Shown one piece after another: positions 46,294-55,074 of a stretch of DNA of 64,000 nt (the stretch's first letter is position 1; each line of letters begins with the position of its first letter). The stretch is from a virus. Location of the stretch: the IMG/VR virus record IMGVR_UViG_3300045960_000114, positions 32,001-96,000 of that record. One strand, given 5' to 3'. The notes under the pieces were generated by a model. That model made no database searches, was not told the origin of the DNA, and worked only from the letters and a program-made list of their open reading frames with translations. The position numbers were made by a program, and so were the translations under genes.

Positions 46294-47188
46294 ACGAGAA
46301 TTTTACAACGGGAATGAGCGTATCGCGTACCCGCTGGTGGCGCGCGACCTGCCTATCACTGACCCGTTCGATGCGCTGGTGGACGCCGGCTTCATGGTTG
46401 GCCCATCGGTGGATTACGACCCTACCACGAACAATGTCTACCTGTTCCAGATAACCGTGTCCGGCTTGTCGCTCGTATTCGACTTCAGGTCTGACGCGCC
46501 AGACTTTGTTGGTTACCGTTGGCTGTTCACAGTGCCCGCTGGTACAGCATATGGATGCACGATCAGCGCGAATGCCGAGCTGTCGCTGGTTGAGGACGAA
46601 AACATGGGCTACGGGTTTATCACCATTGGTCGTATGGATAGGTTGATCGCCCTTGGCGACGGTACATATACGATGACACCCGTGTGGCATGTGGAACCGT
46701 CGCTGGTCCAGTGTCTGCGCGGATCAAGGGTGGAGCGGGTCATCCTGGCTAACGATGCGCGGCCTTGCCCAGTTCAGTGCAACCCGACAAGTCCATCGTC
46801 CAGCTCATCATCCTCCAGTTCAGCTTCGGCGGCACAGGAGACTTACCTGGTAGCAGGCGGCGCACTGACGGGCGATGTGAAGTTCAAGGGTGGGTTCAAC
46901 TGCGACATCTCATTGCTGGTCAGCTCAAATGCCGTGGAGATTGGCGCCAACCGCGATTCAGGCGAAGGCAGGACCTGCTACGACTGGATCATCGACCAGA
47001 ATGGCATGCACAAAGACCCGGACAGCGGTGTACCCTACTGCGAGGCATGCTCCGCGTTCATCTCAACGATCAACGGAAGAAACTTCAACGCCACTGGTGG
47101 AAAGGTTAGGCTGGCTGTTCCTGCAGGTGCGCTTGTGACGCCTGACAAGGAAAACCACCAGATCACCATAAGGTTGAAACCTTACTGA
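46286..47188 (+). CDS. Tail-fibre-associated paralog 5
   Basis: EFYNGNERIAYPL; ISTING; Ser9 at 46796-46822. Confidence 0.7.
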   Translation: MAEREFYNGNERIAYPLVARDLPITDPFDALVDAGFMVGPSVDYDPTTNNVYLFQITVSGLSLVFDFRSDAPDFVGYRWLFTVPAGTAYGCTISANAELSLVEDENMGYGFITIGRMDRLIALGDGTYTMTPVWHVEPSLVQCLRGSRVERVILANDARPCPVQCNPTSPSSSSSSSSSASAAQETYLVAGGALTGDVKFKGGFNCDISLLVSSNAVEIGANRDSGEGRTCYDWIIDQNGMHKDPDSGVPYCEACSAFISTINGRNFNATGGKVRLAVPAGALVTPDKENHQITIRLKPY

Positions 47189-48105
47189 TGAGCAACGCCT
47201 TCCCCCCACACGACGATTGCCCGGTCCCACAGATCGAGGCCATCAGTGACCTGGATTACAGCTGCCTGGTCTATGATCCGCCATTCCCGTGCCTTGGCAT
47301 GCCACTGCCGCCGCCACCATTCAGTTTCGACTTCGGATGCTACCCGCTGACTGTTCATGTGGATTGGGACCCGGACCCAGCAGACAGGCCGGAATTCAGT
47401 GCTAAGGTCGTGTATCTGAACAAGGACCAGACGGGATACTGCCGCCCGCAGATCCGCTTCAGGGTACGCATGGGTGCTGCCGGCTGTGGTAACATTTCGG
47501 TGGTGGTCCTGGCGGATCACGACATCGAGTTGTCGGGCTGCCAGAACATCGACGGCGTCGACGTGTGCACGGACGACAGGGTGCTCACGATCGCACAAAC
47601 TGACCCGCTCGAGAACGACGTGTGGATCGTCCAGAGTGGTGCCTGGATACGTTATGAGACCGCGCTGGCATGTAACTCTGTCGTCGTGCGGTTTGGAAAT
47701 AAGCACGCAAAAGAGACGTGGGAGATTGGGAACACGACTGAGCCCGAGCACGGTACAGACATAATCCAGTGGATACCTACCGATATAGCCAGCATGACCT
47801 GCAGATTGCGGCTGACAGATCCGGCAATCGCACTGGAAAACACGCAGACTGTTGACGGTGTTGTTACAGAGGATGGTGACCTTGTCGTCGTGGACACTAC
47901 AACATCCGGTTTACCGAGTTCCGCTGACGGTATCTGGCTCGTAGTGACAGCCGGAGCTTGGGTACAGCTGTTTGCGGTTGATCCTGCGACTGCGCCAGTG
48001 GGCGTTCCGGTGTTACCGGCTGGCGCGATTGTCACGGTGTGGGATGGTTGGTCGGCGCCGTGGCTGTACGTGGTTGCAAGACTAACCCTGGATGACGGGC
48101 CATAA
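47188..48105 (+). CDS. Tail fibre protein with two copies of a common fibre repeat
   Basis: IELSGCQNIDGV..DDRVL..QTDPLENDVWIVQSGAW and IALENTQTVDGV..GDLVV...DGIWLVVTAGAW. Confidence 0.65.
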   Translation: MSNAFPPHDDCPVPQIEAISDLDYSCLVYDPPFPCLGMPLPPPPFSFDFGCYPLTVHVDWDPDPADRPEFSAKVVYLNKDQTGYCRPQIRFRVRMGAAGCGNISVVVLADHDIELSGCQNIDGVDVCTDDRVLTIAQTDPLENDVWIVQSGAWIRYETALACNSVVVRFGNKHAKETWEIGNTTEPEHGTDIIQWIPTDIASMTCRLRLTDPAIALENTQTVDGVVTEDGDLVVVDTTTSGLPSSADGIWLVVTAGAWVQLFAVDPATAPVGVPVLPAGAIVTVWDGWSAPWLYVVARLTLDDGP

Positions 48106-48107
48106 CC

Positions 48108-49172
48108 ATGCCGATACCCGACTACGGTAAATACCAGCGGTTTGGCACACATATGAAGCGCAGCATCAAACTGCCGCACGCCAACAGGCGGTTTGATTCA
48201 CCAATCGGTGAAGGAAAGACGATCGCGCAGACTGGCTACGACATGACGCGCGAGAATACCACTGGAGACCCCCTGGACACTATACGTGACTTGAAAGCGC
48301 TGATCACGCCACCCGAGCCGATACTCGTCCAATCCATTGTGGGAGTAACCTCGGACAAGTTTGACGTGCAGAAGAACACCACAGACAGTAAGACATTGAC
48401 CAATACGGATACCAAAGCCTACACGAAGATGATCGATGGAAGCGGCGCGGTCATCCAGAATTTAGCCGAGATCGAGTGTAAGAGTGCGTCCCGGTCAATG
48501 ACATGGAATGGCACACCAGCAGTCACTGCACTTTCATCGGCACTGGCTGGCTCTTCAAAGATGATCCCAGTAGCCGATCCGAAGAAGCCGTTTCGGTTGT
48601 ACACAGTTGATAATAAGCCAGCACCCGTAGTGGGCGGGCGCGGGCTTATATCCTGGTCAGCGCACTCGCATAGCCAAGTGGATAGCGGGACTAGCGATGG
48701 CAGCGCCAGCTACAACCACTCAGGTACCATTCCAGCCACCATCCTCGTTCCTGGCGTAGTTCCGGATAACACGAATAAGAAATACGTACTCTACCTTTCG
48801 ATGGCTGTGGCTGCGGGTGTCAGCACCGGTTCCTTGGAATATATTGAATATAGCCCGTCGATATCGTCGAGTCTGTCAGGTTCCGCTTCCGCACTTGCTG
48901 GATTGGCGTCTTATTCTTCCACGTCACAGGTGGATTACACATACTGGGGTCACTGGTGGTGTTACGCTGGGCACTATAACTGGAATATCGATCTTTCGAC
49001 CAACTACAGCCAAACAACGCCTTTCTACAGTATTATCTCGTGGGATGGCTCGTATCCCGCGCTCTCTTATACTGCCAGCGGTAATTGGTCGCTTACCGGT
49101 GCGATCCCTGGTACACCCTGGTCAGTGAATTGGTCCTCTTACTTTACGGGCAGTCTCATTGAAATTGGCTAG
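48108..49172 (+). CDS. Putative fibre tip/receptor-binding protein
   Basis: Ser/Thr/Tyr/Trp-rich beta C-terminus with lower GC. Confidence 0.55.
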   Translation: MPIPDYGKYQRFGTHMKRSIKLPHANRRFDSPIGEGKTIAQTGYDMTRENTTGDPLDTIRDLKALITPPEPILVQSIVGVTSDKFDVQKNTTDSKTLTNTDTKAYTKMIDGSGAVIQNLAEIECKSASRSMTWNGTPAVTALSSALAGSSKMIPVADPKKPFRLYTVDNKPAPVVGGRGLISWSAHSHSQVDSGTSDGSASYNHSGTIPATILVPGVVPDNTNKKYVLYLSMAVAAGVSTGSLEYIEYSPSISSSLSGSASALAGLASYSSTSQVDYTYWGHWWCYAGHYNWNIDLSTNYSQTTPFYSIISWDGSYPALSYTASGNWSLTGAIPGTPWSVNWSSYFTGSLIEIG

Positions 49173-49187
49173 TAGGAGGCAACAGTA

Positions 49188-49595
49188 ATGGGCATATCTG
49201 TTGATACCTTCGTTTTGACAGAGACAGCCACGGCGTCTGGTGGCACTAGCGAGACCAAGACAGCCACTAAAGTGCTGACAAAGGACTATGACTTCATCTA
49301 CATCAAGTTCGAAAAGACATGTTCACACACAAGAGACGATGGTTCAGCTGTAGTGAGTCAAGTTGGCAAAACGATCACATTGACCGTTTCTGCTTCCTCT
49401 GGCGTGCAGTACGTTGGTAGCCACCTCGCGCCTATACCGCCGGAAGACTGCGATCCGCCCGACGACGGTGGCACGTCTTATGTGCTTACCTACTATGATT
49501 GTACAATGACTGGCACCGCTACCATATACTGTCTGTACAGAGACGACAACGATTGCGTGTTGAGTAGCCCGCTGGTGTATACGAGGGACCGATGA
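49188..49595 (+). CDS. Hypothetical fibre-associated protein
   Basis: AGGAGG RBS; beta-rich. Confidence 0.65.
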   Translation: MGISVDTFVLTETATASGGTSETKTATKVLTKDYDFIYIKFEKTCSHTRDDGSAVVSQVGKTITLTVSASSGVQYVGSHLAPIPPEDCDPPDDGGTSYVLTYYDCTMTGTATIYCLYRDDNDCVLSSPLVYTRDR

Positions 49596-50197
49596 GCCAA
49601 TCACGGCTGAGCGGCGAGAGCACCATCATCCTGACGATCCTCGATCGGGATACTGTATTTTCGTCTACGTGGAGTTCTGCGGGTACTGCTTTAGAGTATT
49701 ACATCGACCCAGCCATTCCACTGTTTCCGATGCGCAAGCCGACCGGCTGGCAAATCGGCCTACGGGTAAACACTTTACACTCACTCAATCAGAACTTTCA
49801 CTTTCACGTAAATGAGCTGGACGGGTCAGCGAGCCTGGCGAGATCGGCTGTGGGAAGCGGTACGTTGGATTTCGGCATCTTCCAGATGACAAAGGACGTA
49901 AGTACGGGGCTCGAACGACCGTTCGATTTTCTGTCGGTGATGTCGTTCAACTGCTCGGCCACGCTTGGTGCCATGTCATCCACACTGACTTTCAATCATC
50001 TAACGACAGGTAGTGGACCTTACGGCCCTATCTACACGAATGCTGACTATGACATCGTGGATGAGTCGTACTTTACAGCGGCAGCGGAAGGGTTGATGAC
50101 CAGTATACAGTTCGGATGGCGCCGTAGTGGGAGCACTGGTATAAACACAATGGCTGGATCAATCACGTTCAAGGGGCTCAGCTTACTAGTCTACTGA
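49592..50197 (+). CDS. Hypothetical beta-rich protein
   Basis: ATGA-coupled. Confidence 0.65.
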   Translation: MSQSRLSGESTIILTILDRDTVFSSTWSSAGTALEYYIDPAIPLFPMRKPTGWQIGLRVNTLHSLNQNFHFHVNELDGSASLARSAVGSGTLDFGIFQMTKDVSTGLERPFDFLSVMSFNCSATLGAMSSTLTFNHLTTGSGPYGPIYTNADYDIVDESYFTAAAEGLMTSIQFGWRRSGSTGINTMAGSITFKGLSLLVY

Positions 50198-50210
50198 TGG
50201 GAGACCCAAC

Positions 50211-50546
50211 ATGAGCGAGCAGGATAAGGCTGATGCATCGACATTTGCGGCTAAGGTACATAACGGGCTTCGCGCCTTCATGAGTGTCACCAGGGTATTC
50301 GATAGGCTCAGCAGGGATGAACAGCTATCGGTACTGGTCAGTCTTATTGATCGCTACAAATTAATGGGAGATATACTGTCGACACCGACGTGCGAACATG
50401 AAGGTGAATGCGGCCATGACCACCCCCAGGAGTCATCTTCATCGCAACCAGAGGAACCGAAGGGAAGGTCAGGTAGTATGCGTTTTATAAAATTCGGCAT
50501 TGACTCCGATGAGCCACCTGGACCCGATGACCCTCCCTTGGTATAA
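50211..50546 (+). CDS. Hypothetical protein
   Basis: GGGAG RBS. Confidence 0.65.
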   Translation: MSEQDKADASTFAAKVHNGLRAFMSVTRVFDRLSRDEQLSVLVSLIDRYKLMGDILSTPTCEHEGECGHDHPQESSSSQPEEPKGRSGSMRFIKFGIDSDEPPGPDDPPLV

Positions 50547-50573
50547 TCGCCTCAAGCAAGGGGGACGATAATC

Positions 50574-50789
50574 ATGGAAGAACTGGTGGACACCATGGCA
50601 GAACTGGATGTCATCAAGCAGCTGGCTGAGATCATGGGCTCGCTCAACGACGACGGCAGGCGGCGCGCGTTGTGGTATCTGGCGGATATCTACGGTCTGT
50701 CTGGGCGTCCACAGGTGCAACCACCAACCCAGGCAAAACATTCTACGAGCAGCCCCATACCGATCGGACAGGTTAGGACCGCGCCGTAA
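50574..50789 (+). CDS. Small hypothetical protein
   Basis: GGGGGA RBS; stop overlaps the next start. Confidence 0.55.
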   Translation: MEELVDTMAELDVIKQLAEIMGSLNDDGRRRALWYLADIYGLSGRPQVQPPTQAKHSTSSPIPIGQVRTAP

Positions 50790-52519
50790 TGCCTGAACAG
50801 CTGATGCTGACCAATCGGCAGTGTCCTGGCGACTTTATCGTCATGACGGCTGCCATCCGTGATCTGGCCCTGTGCTACCCAGGCCGGTACAAAATACACG
50901 TCAATGTCGACCAGAAAGATGTGCTGGTAGCAAATCCTCACATCGCACCGATGGCTACGGTCATGCGCCCGAAGACTGTGGAAGCGGGTTACGACAAGGG
51001 CAGGTATTCGGTCAACAATTCCAACCAGAACCGTGCCCATTTCCTATGGGGGTTCATCAGCGAGCTGAACCTTAAGTTGAAGCTGGCAATCAGGCTGACC
51101 GAGTTCAGGCCGGCACTGTACCTGACCGACGACGAGCGCAATCGCAGGCCGATCGAAGAGCCGTACTGGGTCTTTGTCAGCGGCGGGAAGATGGACTACA
51201 CAGCCAAGTGGTGGGATCCAGCGCGTTGGCAGCAGGTGATCAACCAGATGGCTCCGCGCGTCAAGATGGTGCAGGTGGGTGGCACGGGCCGTGGTTCTCA
51301 CATCCACAAGCCGATGGACAACGTAATAGACCTGGTCGGCAAGACCAGCTTCCGCCAGCTCATCAACTTGATCTACCACTCCGAGGGGGTCATGTGCATC
51401 GTGACCTGCCTCATGCACATAGCCGCCGCCTTCAACAAGCCCTGTGTGGTGATCTCGGGCGGGCGTGAGCCTTGGTGGTGGGAGGCGTATAATACAGAGA
51501 ATCGGCTGGTCAACATGCGGTTGGGCGACCCAACGTGGAATCCCCCTGCGAACGACAACTTCATCCCACATCAATACCTGCACACGCTTGGCCAGCTCCC
51601 CTGCTGCCAGAACTTCGGCTGCTGGAAGAGCAAGATCCTGCCGCCGGAAGTGCCCCCGCCGCCTAAGCACACCAAGTGCGCCATCCCTACCAAGCTGGAC
51701 AGCGGGCTGTGGCTGCCGGAATGTCTGAATCGCATCACGGTCGATCAGGTCGTTCAGGCTGCCGAGTGGTACTACAACAAGGGCATCCTCAAGTGGGGGA
51801 AGCCGTCCTCGATCTTCGTGCCGCCGGTTGAGCTGCTACAGCCTGTCACGCTGCCTGAGCCGCCACAGCCCGTGGCACCCCCGGTTACCATACAGTTCAA
51901 GGAGCCGCCTAAGGAGCCCGTTTTCCTGGACGGAACCTGGACCGTGTGCGGGATCACCTCGCTGCAGTCGCCCACTCGCCGTAAGTTCGCGCTGGATCTG
52001 AAGGCTTGGTGTGTCAACCGTAAGGTGAACTACCTGGTCATCCAGATGGGTGCCGAAAAGGCCATGACCAACGAGATGGCGGCATTCGGCATCCCTTATC
52101 AGGAGTGCAGTGGCACCTGGGTGTCCGCCATGATGCAGGCGATGGTATTTGCCCAGTCGCAGCCGAGTGAGCGGGTCATCCTCATCGAGGATCCGCTACA
52201 TCTGAACGGGAAGCTCGACGATGTCGTGCCCAACGAGCCGTTCGTGGCTGGTACCATCTCATGGCGCCCGCTGACCCAGCCGCACTTGGACCGCCTGGCG
52301 CCCATCCTGGATCCGGAAAGGTTGGACAAGCACCCACTGGCGCCTGGCCGGTTCAAGGCGTATTATCTTAACCGAGGGTTTGTCATGGGCACCAAGGACA
52401 TACTCTGCAAGACATTACAGAATGTCCACCAGCGGGAGGAGTACGCGGACATCCTGATGTGTGAGTACCCGCGCCAGCATGGCGCCAAGGTGCTCGACAT
52501 AAGCGAGCAGTTCATTTGA
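50789..52519 (+). CDS. Glycosyltransferase, GT9/heptosyltransferase-like GT-B fold, plus a C-terminal second domain
   Basis: PGDFIVMTAAIRDL; KWWDPARWQQV; VQVGG; DLVGKTSFRQLINLIYHSEGVMCIVTCLMHIAAAFNKPCVVI; Cys cluster CC..GC...C...CL. Confidence 0.8.
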   Translation: MPEQLMLTNRQCPGDFIVMTAAIRDLALCYPGRYKIHVNVDQKDVLVANPHIAPMATVMRPKTVEAGYDKGRYSVNNSNQNRAHFLWGFISELNLKLKLAIRLTEFRPALYLTDDERNRRPIEEPYWVFVSGGKMDYTAKWWDPARWQQVINQMAPRVKMVQVGGTGRGSHIHKPMDNVIDLVGKTSFRQLINLIYHSEGVMCIVTCLMHIAAAFNKPCVVISGGREPWWWEAYNTENRLVNMRLGDPTWNPPANDNFIPHQYLHTLGQLPCCQNFGCWKSKILPPEVPPPPKHTKCAIPTKLDSGLWLPECLNRITVDQVVQAAEWYYNKGILKWGKPSSIFVPPVELLQPVTLPEPPQPVAPPVTIQFKEPPKEPVFLDGTWTVCGITSLQSPTRRKFALDLKAWCVNRKVNYLVIQMGAEKAMTNEMAAFGIPYQECSGTWVSAMMQAMVFAQSQPSERVILIEDPLHLNGKLDDVVPNEPFVAGTISWRPLTQPHLDRLAPILDPERLDKHPLAPGRFKAYYLNRGFVMGTKDILCKTLQNVHQREEYADILMCEYPRQHGAKVLDISEQFI

Positions 52520-52531
52520 GGTGAAGCGACC

Positions 52532-53023
52532 ATGATAGGCTTTTCCGATCCGTATCAGAAGCTGCGCTACATGATCGAGCATCCGGAGAGCTACACGACT
52601 CAGGGAACGCATAGCATCAAGCTGAACTTCACGGCGCCGGAACTGTACGTAGTCGGGCGCACGCAGGCGTTCCGCATGAAGATCACGGTGGTCAGCACTT
52701 GCCTGGTTGACGAGGCGATCTTCGTCTACTCGAACATGCCTGACGGGACTCAGCGGTTTGAGAACGTGGCTTCACCCAACGACATGTTGGAGTATCCGTT
52801 GAATGCGCCGGACAATCCAGTACGCCCTTACTACAGGCTGGCGTACGCGGACCTGCTGTTCAGGAACCTCGACATGTGTGTCGACGCCGCTGTGGGCGTC
52901 GCCAACGACGTGCTGGAACTGGTTCGGACACTGGATGGCCTGGACAATCTGGCCAATCTTGGGGATCTGGTCATTGGCAACTGCAAACAAAGCTCTTCCT
53001 CCTCATCTTCGTCTAGCGCGTAG
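52532..53023 (+). CDS. Hypothetical protein ending in a Ser9 tail
   Basis: GAGGTG RBS; Ser9 at 52991-53017. Confidence 0.7.
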   Translation: MIGFSDPYQKLRYMIEHPESYTTQGTHSIKLNFTAPELYVVGRTQAFRMKITVVSTCLVDEAIFVYSNMPDGTQRFENVASPNDMLEYPLNAPDNPVRPYYRLAYADLLFRNLDMCVDAAVGVANDVLELVRTLDGLDNLANLGDLVIGNCKQSSSSSSSSSA

Positions 53024-53024
53024 C

Positions 53025-53351
53025 ATGCCCGGGGGCAAGCCGCCCGCGTCGCAGCCGCTGCCGAGTCGGGAGATGATCCTGACAGACGAGGTACTGCTCT
53101 CGGTAGGCAACCGGCCTGACATCGGTAGTCGCTGGCCTTTTATGAAAATGCGTATCACTGCAGTCAAGGGATGCGGTAGGTGTGGCGCCAAGTCTGCCCG
53201 CCAGACCCTTTATACGGAAGCGACCAGGGTGAAGCGCAATATGGCCTCCCTGCCGCAGGTGGACCGGGACGAACTCAAGCGTATGCTGGGTGCTACAACC
53301 CTGTCCTTCTACCTACCGACCGACCACGGTGTCCAGAAAGTCACCCTCTGA
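53025..53351 (+). CDS. Small hypothetical protein with CxxC
   Basis: ATG just after the previous stop; GCGRCG. Confidence 0.55.
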   Translation: MPGGKPPASQPLPSREMILTDEVLLSVGNRPDIGSRWPFMKMRITAVKGCGRCGAKSARQTLYTEATRVKRNMASLPQVDRDELKRMLGATTLSFYLPTDHGVQKVTL

Positions 53352-53368
53352 AGACTCCCGCGTACCCA

Positions 53369-53379
53369 CGTTAGAATAC
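53369..53379 (+). promoter_or_regulatory. Repeated intergenic motif CGTTAGAATAC (copy 1)
   Basis: Identical copy at 61510-61520 and near-copy at 59449-59459, all intergenic. Confidence 0.45.
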
Positions 53380-53421
53380 CATGGACAGGGTTGCTTTCGC
53401 GCGACAGTGGAAAGGAGTCCC

Positions 53422-53541
53422 ATGATGAAGCGAAAGAGACCTAACCACCGAGCCCGAGTTCGTACGGTGGTCGTTGTTCGCGAGCCAACAATGACGAACC
53501 TCGAGAAGGTACGCCTCTTGTTGGCGCTATTCGGGCTGTAG
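53422..53541 (+). CDS. 39-aa Arg-rich peptide
   Basis: AAGGAG RBS; between the repeated motif and a hairpin. Confidence 0.45.
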   Translation: MMKRKRPNHRARVRTVVVVREPTMTNLEKVRLLLALFGL

Positions 53542-53565
53542 GAGAATACCGTCAGGGGGGTTGTT

Positions 53566-53615
53566 AACGAGGCGGCGGCCCGGACGGGGGGCCGCCTCCT
53601 CGTTGCGGTATTTTT
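53566..53615 (+). terminator. Probable terminator
   Basis: 16-bp inverted repeat with one mismatch (aacgaggcggcggccc/gggccgcctcctcgtt) followed by gcggtattttt. Confidence 0.55.
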
Positions 53616-53630
53616 AGATATCAGGTTACC

Positions 53631-53658
53631 TTGACACGAACAATCCGTTTGTTATCCT
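53631..53658 (+). promoter_or_regulatory. Host sigma70-type promoter
   Basis: TTGACA-16 nt-TATCCT with TGn extended -10; upstream of AAGGAG and ATG 53685. Confidence 0.6.
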
Positions 53659-53684
53659 TCGAACAACTGGTTAAGGAGAAAACC

Positions 53685-53990
53685 ATGATCAAGATTGCTG
53701 GCGTTCGGGTGGCTGACGACAAGCTGTGCGTCATCGTTGAGGGCGAGACGGGTGATGAAGTCGTGTCGGCTGATGCGCGGCGCCTGGCCTACGACGAACG
53801 GCGTAAGCATGGTTTCGAGCAGGCCGGATTGGACGCGGTGGCACGCCCGTACGCCATCGATCGGGCGAAGCTGAAGCCGGATGACGATAATGCCGGCGTT
53901 TGCACGCTGCCGGACCAGCTGAAGGAAGCCATGGCCAACAAGACGTTGGCGTTCCGTGCCGAATACATCCTCACGCGCATGCTCGTCTAA
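53685..53990 (+). CDS. Hypothetical protein (101 aa)
   Basis: AAGGAG RBS. Confidence 0.75.
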   Translation: MIKIAGVRVADDKLCVIVEGETGDEVVSADARRLAYDERRKHGFEQAGLDAVARPYAIDRAKLKPDDDNAGVCTLPDQLKEAMANKTLAFRAEYILTRMLV

Positions 53991-53999
53991 GGAGGTTAC

Positions 54000-54515
54000 A
54001 TGGCCCATCTCTACCCGATCCAGTCGCTCGATACGCTGGGCATCGAGCGGTCGTCTGTCAACACGCTGGCGTCACTCCTGGGGTTGGATCCGAAAAAGCT
54101 GGATGACGGTATCACCCACGGCATGCTGATGGTGATACTGGTCTACGATACGCTCTGCCTGATGGACATCCCGCCGGAGAAGGCCGTGTTCATCGTCAGG
54201 ACGTACGCGGGCAGGCTTTCCCATCTGGGTGTCGAACTTCTCGAGAAGGAAGGTGAGCTGCCGATGGTCACGCTGATGATCGCGGACAAGCGGTACGTCT
54301 ACCTGCCCAACGAGAAGGAGATCATAGATCTCGCGCAGATGGTCCTGGTTGAAGGGCTGCCGATGCCTGTTGTGCAGACGACTCTCGTCCTGACAGAGCT
54401 GTTTGTACGCGCCGTAAGAATTCTTGCTGCGAACCCTGGCGAGCAGCCTGAAGCGGAAGCTGGGCCAATGACTCCGCTAACCGCTGAAGCCGCGAAGCCA
54501 CAAACTCCTCAATAG
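54000..54515 (+). CDS. Hypothetical protein
   Basis: AAGGAGG RBS; 3' end overlaps the convergent gene. Confidence 0.7.
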   Translation: MAHLYPIQSLDTLGIERSSVNTLASLLGLDPKKLDDGITHGMLMVILVYDTLCLMDIPPEKAVFIVRTYAGRLSHLGVELLEKEGELPMVTLMIADKRYVYLPNEKEIIDLAQMVLVEGLPMPVVQTTLVLTELFVRAVRILAANPGEQPEAEAGPMTPLTAEAAKPQTPQ

Positions 54516-55068
54516 CGATTTTCATTTCCTGCTGGCTGCTCCAGTAGGATTTCGCTTCGATCCCGTCCCCCTCAAGGCTGTCGTTTATGTCTTGAGTGAG
54601 GTCGGGCATGTCCGCATAGGGCTTTAGCACCGACGGGGGCGATGTGAGCCCCTCCTCGTTCAACTTGAGCCCCATATAGCTGCGGATCTCGTTGTTGAAG
54701 GTCTCACCGTCTTCAGGCGGGTCCACCAGGGAGATCTCAGTGATGCCCCAGGCCAGCTCATGTGAATCGGCTGGGTCGAAGGTCTCGAAGTCGGCTTCTG
54801 TGCCGCTCAGCGCGCGGCACGTCTGCAGGAACACGTCCAGGTTCGAGTAGAACATGTTGGTCGTGATGCAGGTGACCAGCGCGTTCAGCTTGTCCTGGTT
54901 GACCGCCGGTACCATCACGCCGTATTCGCTGTGGATCTCTTTGGTCAGCGTTTCGGGCGCCCAGTCAAGCATCTCAGTGCCAAAGCGGTCCAACAGACCA
55001 ATCAGCAAGGTAGTCCCAATGGACTCCTTGTCGGACAACAGTCCAGCCAAGACCCGGTCTGAGTGCAT
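54322..55068 (-). CDS. Acidic hypothetical protein
   Basis: Coupled downstream of 55075..56802 on the minus strand; natural composition. Confidence 0.7.
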   Translation of the reverse strand: MHSDRVLAGLLSDKESIGTTLLIGLLDRFGTEMLDWAPETLTKEIHSEYGVMVPAVNQDKLNALVTCITTNMFYSNLDVFLQTCRALSGTEADFETFDPADSHELAWGITEISLVDPPEDGETFNNEIRSYMGLKLNEEGLTSPPSVLKPYADMPDLTQDINDSLEGDGIEAKSYWSSQQEMKIAIEEFVASRLQRLAESLAQLPLQAARQGSQQEFLRRVQTALSGRESSAQQASAALQPGPSARDL

Positions 55069-55074
55069 TTTCTT

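Noticed and set aside
17574-47188. Stand-alone contractile injection system (eCIS, tailocin or T6SS)
   Set aside because: Capsid, prohead protease and terminase genes are in the same window, indicating a complete phage.
41217-50197. Diversity-generating retroelement targeting fibre genes
   Set aside because: No reverse transcriptase gene and no ~100-nt template/variable repeat pair differing at adenines was noticed in this window; one elsewhere cannot be excluded.
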